DNA from: Pseudomonadota bacterium
GTDB lineage: Bacteria > Pseudomonadota > Alphaproteobacteria > Caulobacterales > Hyphomonadaceae
Assembly (NCBI GenBank): GCA_038532405.1
Contig: JBCBAO010000001.1
Span: 1 to 46,349 of the forward strand
Length of the DNA stretch: 46,349 bases
Direction of reading: 5' to 3'
The position numbers were made by a program, and so were the translations under genes. Positions 33,874 to 42,800 of the stretch are shown here, piece by piece (position 1 is the stretch's first letter; each line of letters opens with the position of its first letter). The notes beneath the pieces are model-generated. The model had not been told where the DNA came from. It did no database searches and saw nothing but the letters and a program-made list of their open reading frames with translations.

Positions 33874-36800
33874 TCAGAACACAAAATCCTGCTCATGCAG
33901 ATCCGCCAAGTTCACCCCCAGAAGCGTGATTGTGCCGGTTCCTGTATCGATCACGACGTCAGATCCTTCTTGAGTCATAACCGAAGTTAGATCAGCGAAG
34001 CTGGCGATTGAGGCAATGCCTGACAAGTCGATGTCTTCGGCGTCGTCAGTTGCATCAAAGCCGTTGATGACATCATCACCATAGTTGTCAGCGAAGACGA
34101 AGACGTCCGATCCTGCGCCGCCGTCGAAGTAATCATTCGACGAGCCGCCAGACAACGTGTCCGCGCCCGCACCGCCAAAATCAAACGCATTGATCTCGGT
34201 GCCATCGGCAAACTCATAGGTTTCGAAATTCGTGGCACCACCCGTGGTAAATGCTATCCCATGCACATGTACGGTTAGGCCGCTTGGGCCATTAAAGATA
34301 ATACTTTCGGTCATGCTTGGGTTCGGATGCTGAACAATGGATGAGAAATCCGACAGATTGAGATCCGTGAACACCACCCGATCGTTTCCGCCATTGTCCG
34401 CTTCATATCCCAGTGTCGTCCATCCGCCGCTACTGTCGAGCCAATAGGTATCATCTCCCGCTTGACCCTGTAGCACTTGCCACGCCCCCGTGGCCGCCGA
34501 ACCCGCGATCAGATGGTCGTTTCCGTAGCCACCGTACAGCACGTCGACACCATCTCCTCCTTCGAGCGTATCATCGCCTTCCAAACCGGACAGGATATCG
34601 TTGCCGGCATTTCCTATAATGCTGTCGTCAATCGTCCGACCTGAGATCGTGTCATGACTTGCGCTACCGACGAGCAACGGATCCGTAGATGGATTTCGGC
34701 CTTCGGCAAACCCATGATTGATGTAGTGTGCGGTCGCTGCAGCGTAGTCATTGCCGTACAAGACTTGCAGATCGCTATAGTTTGTAAGGTACTGAGCTGC
34801 ATCGAAGGTCACTGTCCTGCCTTCTGCGATACCGTGGTTAAAGTAGTGAGATGTTCCTGCGATCTCATTGGCACCGAAGGCAGCCAGCAAGTCAGGATGG
34901 GATGCGATGTATGCCAAAGCATCAAAGGTTAGAACGTTGTTTTCCGTCAAATCCGATAGCGACGTATTCAACAGCGTGATCGTATTTCCACCACCTTCGT
35001 CGATGACAACACTGGTCCCGACCTCGCTTGCATGATTGGCAATCAGATCTGCGAAGGAGGCGATGCTGGAGACGCCGCGAAGATCCAAAACTTCGCCCAC
35101 TTTGCTGGGATCAAAGTCATTGATTGTGTCCTGACCATAGCCATCTGCGAAGATGAAGGAATCAGAACCCGTTCCGCCGGTTAGCGTATCGTTTCCGGCA
35201 TCACCCGTGAGTTGATCATCTCCGTTCGATCCTGTCAGAACATCTGCACCGTCTTCGCCAAAAAGGTTGTCGTCGTAGATTGAGCCTTGGAGGTTGTCGG
35301 CCCCAGCGGCGCCGTTCACTTGGGTGGCAGCAAGGATGTCATCCAGCGTCCAGACGACGCCGTCCGAGAACTCAATCTGTTCCAACCCATAGCCGTATTC
35401 AGCGTACCAAGGATGCAGCGTGTAGTACTGAGACACCACCGTGAGTGTCGCACCGCCGGTGCCAGTAATCGTGATTGTGAGATCGTTGCTCCCATTCACC
35501 CGCGTCAGCGTGACCTCGCTGGAGGCAACATCCGTGAGTACCAATGTATCGATTTCGGTAAGGGCGCCGCTGCCGTCTTGGATCCGGTCATCGCCATCGC
35601 CGCGCGACCACGTATAAGTGTCGCTGCCGACCTGACCCTGAAGTGTATCATTGCCAGCGCCGCCCGTGAGTTGATCGTCACCATTGGAGCCGGAGAGAAC
35701 GTCTGCGCCATCTGCGCCCAAAATATTGTCGTCGTAGACAGTGCCTTGCAGATTGTCCGCACCCGTCGTTCCGATGAGTTGCGTTGCCGCGAAAATGTCA
35801 TCCAGTGTCCAGGCGACCCCATCTGAGAACTCAATTCTCTCTAGACCATGGCCTTGATGTGCCAGAGATGGCCACGGCACGTAGTACTGAGAGACCACAG
35901 TCAGGGTGGCTCCACCAGTGCCTGCGACTGTAATCACAAGATCATTGCTGCCATTCGCCCGCGTTAGGGTGACATCTCCTGAGGCAACATCGGTCAGTCT
36001 CAGAGTGTCCACCTCAGACAGATCAGCGCTGCTATCGCTGATCCGGTCATCGCCGTCGCCGCGTGACCAAATGTAGGTGTCGTTTCCAGTTTGGCCGTCG
36101 AGCGTATCATTGCCGGTGCCGCCAATCAGTGCATCGTCACCGAAGTGCCCGCTGATCACATCTGCGCCGTCGTAACCGAACAGATTGTCGTCATAAGCTG
36201 AGCCCTGCAAGTTGTCTGCGCCTGCAGTTCCATTCACCTGCGTTGCCGCGAGGATGTCATCCAGGGTCCAAACAACACCGTCCGAGAATTCGATACGTTC
36301 CAGGCCATGGCCCTGAAGTTCAAACGTCGGCCAAACTGAGTAATACTGAGAAACAACTGTCAGCGTTGCTCCACCGGTTCCTGCGATTGTAATCACCAAA
36401 TTGGTGCTCCCAGTCGCTCTCGTAAGAGTCACCTCGCTTGAAGCAACATCGGTCAGGACCAGCGTATCAACTTCAGCCAGCGAAGCGCTCGTATCCTGGA
36501 TCTGGTCATCGCCATCACCGCGTGACCAGACATATGCGTCATTTCCAAGTTGCCCATCAAGGGTGTCATTGCCCGTGCCTCCCGTGAGGACATCGTTGCC
36601 CCAACTGGCCGAGAGTACATCCGCGCCGTCTTCACCAAACAAGTTGTCGTCGTAAATCGACCCTTGGAGATTGTCTGCCCCAGCAGTTCCATTCACCTGC
36701 GTGGCCGCGAGGATGTCATCCAGCGTCCAGACAACACCATCGGAGAACTCAATTCTCTCTAGGCCATAGCCGTATTGTGAGAACAAAGGGGCAAGCGTGT

Positions 36801-39800
36801 AATACTGCGACACCACGGTCAGGGTTGCGCCGCCCGTTTCGCCAATGGTGATCACAAGATCACTGCTACCGTTTGCTCGTGTCAGTGACACTTCGCTTGA
36901 AGCAACATCCGTCAACACCAGTGTGTCCACTTCCGTCAGCGACGCGCTGCCGTCTTGAATGCGGTCATCGCAGTCACCACGCGACCACGTGTAGGTGTCG
37001 CTTCCGGCCTGACCGCTAAGTACATCTACACCAACACCACCGGTCAGATGATCATTGCCACCACCACCATAGAGAGTGTCATTGCCAGCTTCACCGAGGA
37101 TGGTATCTGTGAACCCCCACCCCTGTAGCAGATCGTTCCCACCGGTCCCGGTGACGACAGATTGTGCAACAGGGTCGCTGAGCACTTCCACAACAACGCC
37201 GTCCGAGAACTCGATATACTCAACGCCGTAGTTTTGAGACGCCGAGTAGAACCGACTGACGACAGTTATGATTTCGCCAGTGCTGATGATTTCGATCTGA
37301 AGATCATTGCCAACCTGGGTGAGATTTGCATCCGTCGAAGCAACGTCCTGCAGCTTCAAGGTATCCACATCATCCAGTGCCAGGCCAGTATCACTTAGCC
37401 GGTCATTGCCGTCGCCTTTGGACCAAATGAATGTGTCGTGCCCGTTTTCTCCGTTGAGCGTATCATGGCCCGCTCCGCCAACAAGAACATCGTTTCCGTT
37501 GTGTCCCGTGATCACGTCCGCACCGGCATCGCCGAAGAGATTGTCGGCATAGATCGAACCGTTGAGAGTTTCCGCCGCAACAGTGCCGTTGATCTGCGTT
37601 GCACCGTGAATATCGTCTAGCGTCCAGACGACGCCATCGCCGAACTCAATCTGTTCGATGCCATGACCGAACTCCGGGAACCATGGCCACGTTGTGTAGT
37701 ATTGAGACGCCACCGTCAGAGCTGCGCCCCCGGTGCCATTCACTGTGATCACGAGGTCATAACTGCCTTGCGTGCGCGTCAGTGTTACTTCGCTAGAGGC
37801 AACGTCTGTCAGCACCAGCGTATCAACCTCGGTTAGGTCAGCGCTGCTGTCACTGATACGATCATCACCGTCTCCGCGCGACCAGACATAGGTGTCGTTT
37901 CCAATCTGGCCATCCAGCGTATCGTTGCCAGTTCCGCCAGTGAGCGTGTCATCCCCCCAACTGCCCGTGATGACATCTGCCCCGTCTTCGCCCAGAAGAT
38001 TATCATCGTAAATCGTGCCTTGCAGGTTATCCAAGCCCGCCGTCCCGATCACTTGGGTGGCCGCCAGAATGTCATTCAGCGTCCAAACGACACCGTCCGA
38101 AAATTCGATACGCTCCAGACCATGCCCTTGAAATTCAAAGTTTGGTGCCATCGCATAATATTGAGAGGTCACCGTCAGCGTGGCCCCACCGGTTCCAGCA
38201 ATCGTAATCTCCAAAGCGGTGCTGCCCGTCGCCCGCGTCAGCGTCACCTCGCTTGACGCCACATCGGTGAGCACCAATGTATCAACCTCTGTCAGCGAAG
38301 CGCTTGTATCACTGACAGTGTCGTCCCCATCACCGCGCGACCAGATGTAGGTGTCGCTGCCCACTTGACCGTCGAGCGTATCATTCCCCGTCCCACCGGT
38401 GATTGTGTCATCCCCATTGTGGCCGGAGATCGTATCTGCGCCGTCTCCGCCCAGCAGATTGTCGGCATGGATTGAGCCCTGTAGGTTCTCCGCGCTTGCA
38501 GTTCCATTGACCAACGTTGCTGCGTGGATATCGTCTAGCGTCCAGACCACGCCATCCGCGAACTCAATCTGTTCAATGCCATATCCAAATTCTGGGAACC
38601 ATGGCCACGTCGTATAGTATTGCGACACAACACTCAGAGCCGCGCCCCCAGTACCATTTACTGAGATCGTGAAGTCATAACTGCCCGCGACACGTGTGAG
38701 TGTAACTTCGCTTGAGGAAACATCTGTGAGAACCAAAGTGTCGGTTTCGGTCAGAGAAGCGCTCGTGTCATGGATGATGTCATCACCATCGCCGCGCGAC
38801 CAAACATAGGTGTCGCTCCCTACGCCCCCATCCAGGCTGTCTACACCCAAGCCACCGACGAGTTCGTCACTTCCGCCCAAACCAGTTATGACGTCACTCT
38901 GACCGGTACCCGTCATCGCGTCCTGCCCCGACGTGCCCGAGATGTAGGTCCATCCACCCGTCGTGACGCCGTCTGTGACCTGAGTTGGATTGTCGGTCAG
39001 CGTAGCTAGGTACGTGCCGCTTGCGGCCTGATGATCAACGCTAAGAGCAAGCGAGGCTAAGAACTCACCACGCGTGATGTTTCCTTGAGCCAAATGAGCG
39101 GCCCAGGCACCGTGTTCGTCAGGGATAGGCGGTCGCCCGAGCGCGTTGAGGAATGCTTGCAGGACAAAATCCGTGTCATTCAATGACACAAGGCTGTTGG
39201 TGGCCACTCCATGCGTTTCGCCGCTCAAAGCCAGCAGAGAGTCAGCTATATCAGTGAGAGTTTCTGTGCCCTCAAGCAATCGCTCAGAGTGATATGAGAT
39301 CTCCTGCGCGGTCGCCTCGCGATCATAGACCGTGTCAAATAGATCGTCGATAAGCGTAGCAACCTGCGCCTCATCGGTGGCCCGCTCAAAGACCGCCGGG
39401 TTCATCGGCGTGTTAAAATTGTTGGAGTCTCCCTGACCGTTGCCAACCAGGTCTTTCTCGACGGATTCCGACAAATCAACAATCAGATCCACACGGGTAG
39501 CAGACGCATCAGCAAGCGCTGAAAGATGATCATTCAGCTCATGCAGGCTCGGACCACGGCCAAGGCCATTTTCGTAGATTTGTTGGATGAACTCAGAGTC
39601 GGACATTGTACCGTAGCGGGTGTTGAACTCCACAGAGCCTTGGAGGCGCGTGGCCAGCGCGGACTGTTCAAGCTCGCCCTCCTGCACATCTAAGACCAAC
39701 CGCTCAAGCTCCGACGTCGCCATGCCTCGATCGAAAACAACATCAAAGATCTTTGCGGCTTCATCAATCAGGCGAGCTTTGGCAACGGTGTCCAAGCGAA

Positions 39801-42800
39801 CTTCATAAATCGCCGGCGTCCCGGTGGCGGATGTTGTTTCCGTCAGTGTCCAGGTTTCAACGCCAAACGAGTCAACAATATGCTCGGCCAGATAGTGGGT
39901 CTCGCCAGCACTGATGTTTCCACCATTGTCCCAGGTATAGGACCCGTTATCGATGGGGGACCGGGTGATCGTCTGTTGCGTGTCATCTTGCGTAATGGTG
40001 GTGGTCAAGCCATCGGCAGATGTGGTGATGATCGCTTGTGCAATCTCCACTCCCGCTTCGTTGAACGAAGTCTCAACGAGTACCTCTGAGCCGTTCGCTT
40101 CAATTGTGAATTCACGCACCAAATCTGGGACGCCGTTCCCATCATAATCCAGGGTTTCTGTCCGAGAGCGCCCGTCTGCACTGACTTCTTCAACAAAGCT
40201 GCGGTGAATCGACCCGTCTGCATAGGTCGAAACTGTTGTGGTTGTAGTGCTGCCATCATCATGGATCACCGTGTCGGACTGCTCAGTAATGTCCACACCG
40301 TCGCCACCATAATCGATGGTCGTCGTTTGAGAAAACCCGTTCGCGGACGTGGTCGTGACCTCCTGGAATGAAACCTGGCCAGTCGGATAGACCTCCGAGA
40401 ACGTGACGATTTCGTCCCCAGACGCGGAGTACGTCACCACAGTTTCTCTCGAAACATCTACAGTGCCGTCTGCATCGAGATCGAAGGCAAATGATGCAAT
40501 ATGCTCGTTCGCACTCACCATGCTGGTGATGCTCTGGGTTGCATCTCCAGATAAGTCCAAGCTTTGGTAGGTCGTCGACACCGTAAGGTTGGTATCGGTG
40601 GTCAAACTCATCGTTTGATCGACAAAACCGTCCCCATCCAAGTCGGTGCTCATGAATGAAGACAAATCATCTGCACTGATCTGCAGAGAGGTTTCTCGCG
40701 TCAGCGATGAACCAACGCCGTACTCACTCACCACTTGATGGAATGACCCATCCGCGCCCAAGGTCACAGTGTTTAAGCGATCACTGACGCCGTCACCTGA
40801 GTAATCTGTGTCAGTGAGGGTGACCAACCCGTCAGCGCTTGTCGTGGTTTCAATAAATGACTGTGTTTCAAAGCTTTCATTGAGCGTCGTCTGCGTTCGC
40901 GTCACGCTACCATCCAGCCCGAGAACGGTCAGATCCTCAGACTGAAATTCAAAGACGCCGTCGCCATCAAAATCAAGCTGCGATAACTCGCGCAGCCCGT
41001 CATCAGACAGGATATACTCCTCTTGCGCCAAGACGACGTTGAGGTAGTTGTCATGTGTAACGGTCCGGACCTGATAGCCGGTTGTTTCGAGCGACGTGAC
41101 ATCGGTCGAAATGAGTTCAGCACGACCATCACCGTTGCGATCAACGGTGTCGATACGTTTGAGCCCGTCACCACTGACTTCGGTTTCAAACTGCGAAACA
41201 AGTGTACCGCCAGAAGAGAACAGGCTGGTTGTTGTAGACACATCCCCATCTGCCGCTTCCACTCGCGTGTAAACCCGATCATTGGAGCCGTCGCCATCCA
41301 CGTCCACGCTTTCGGTCTCGGTTCGACCATCAGCACTGGTGACAGTTTCAGAATTGAAAAGAAGGGAGCCATCAGCGGCGAAACTCTGAGACGTAACGGT
41401 TTCGACACCATTGACAGAAAGAGAAACGTTGCTTGTGTTCTCCTGCTCAAACACTCCATCACCATCCAGATCAAAGTAGGTAGTGCTTGAGAGACCATCG
41501 TCGGAGATAGTTGAAACCGACCGGCTGAATTCGGTTCCATCGCCTGCGATACCACGGTTGGTGGTGGTTATCGAACCGTCTGCCTGATAAACGCTCGTTG
41601 CTTGGAAGCTGACCTCGAAGGTGCCATCACCGTCTCGGTCTTCTAGGTCGGTTTCCGACAAACCATCCGCGCTCGAAACAGTCTGAAACCGGTTTTGTAA
41701 AGATCCATCCGCGTTGAGGTTTTGAAGATCACTTGTGGCGAGGCCGTCATCTGCAATGGCCAAAGAGTAAACGCTATTGGTCTGACCGTCACCGTTTACA
41801 TCCGTAGTAGTGACGACGAGTCTTCCATCATCCGACACCGTGGTTGTCGATTGATCTCGAACTGTGCCATCCGCTTCCAGCGTTTTGACCGTCGTTGACG
41901 TTGTCCCGTCGTTCAAAACAGTTGTCGCTGTCTCCGTACTGAAGTCAAAAACACCATCCGCATCTCGGTCATATTGGGTCGTTGTAACCTGACCATCATC
42001 ACTCACCGTTGTAACGGCCTGGCTAGTGAGAGTGCCGTTTCCGGCGTAAGTGCTGTCCGTCAGGGACTGGCTGCCGTCGTCCTCAAGCACGCGCTCCGAC
42101 ACCGTCTCACGCTCAAACACACCATCGCCATCCGCGTCAAATCGGGTCGTGATCGTAAGGCCATCGTCGCTGACGGTTTCAATCATTTGATCCCGAAGTG
42201 ACCCATCGCCGTTTCGCATCTCAATAGATTGGGTGCGACTGCCGTCAGCGTTGAGCGCTGTGACATCCATGACTTGCAGGTCTACCTGTCCATCACCATC
42301 AAAATCCTGGGTGGTCGTGACCTCCAAACCGTTGGCACTTATAGAAATCGTTTCAGCGTTTCTGACAGAGCCGTCTTGGTGAAAATTTGTCTCGGTGACA
42401 GTTTGTGCTCCATCGAGCGCTTCCACCGAGTTGCGAACATAGTCAAAAACACCGTCTCCATCGGAGTCTTCTTCAACAGTGATCGTGCGACGATCATCGC
42501 TTTCCGTCGAAACCCGATGGTAGAGCAATGTCGTTCCATCGCCCGCATAGTCGCTAACCGAACGCGTGACTGTTCCGTCCGTCGCAACCGAACTTGTGAC
42601 AACGGATTGGCCTTCCAATTCTCCGTCGCCGTCTTCGTCGAAAGTTGTTTCCGTCGTTAGACCGTCGGCACTTACGTCTGTAGTATACTGATTTCGAAGT
42701 GTTCCGTCTTGGTTGTAGGTCGAAACTGTTGTTGTCGTGCTGCCATCGCCGTTTACTATCGTAACGTCCGAGATTTCTGTGTCCGTATCAGTGTCGCCAT

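Noticed and set aside
35160-38960. Periodic repeats that might suggest a CRISPR-like or non-coding array
   Set aside because: The period is about 460 bp and the copies are diverged. They sit in one continuous reading frame encoding RTX/HCBP modules. There is no short repeat-spacer organisation anywhere in the window.
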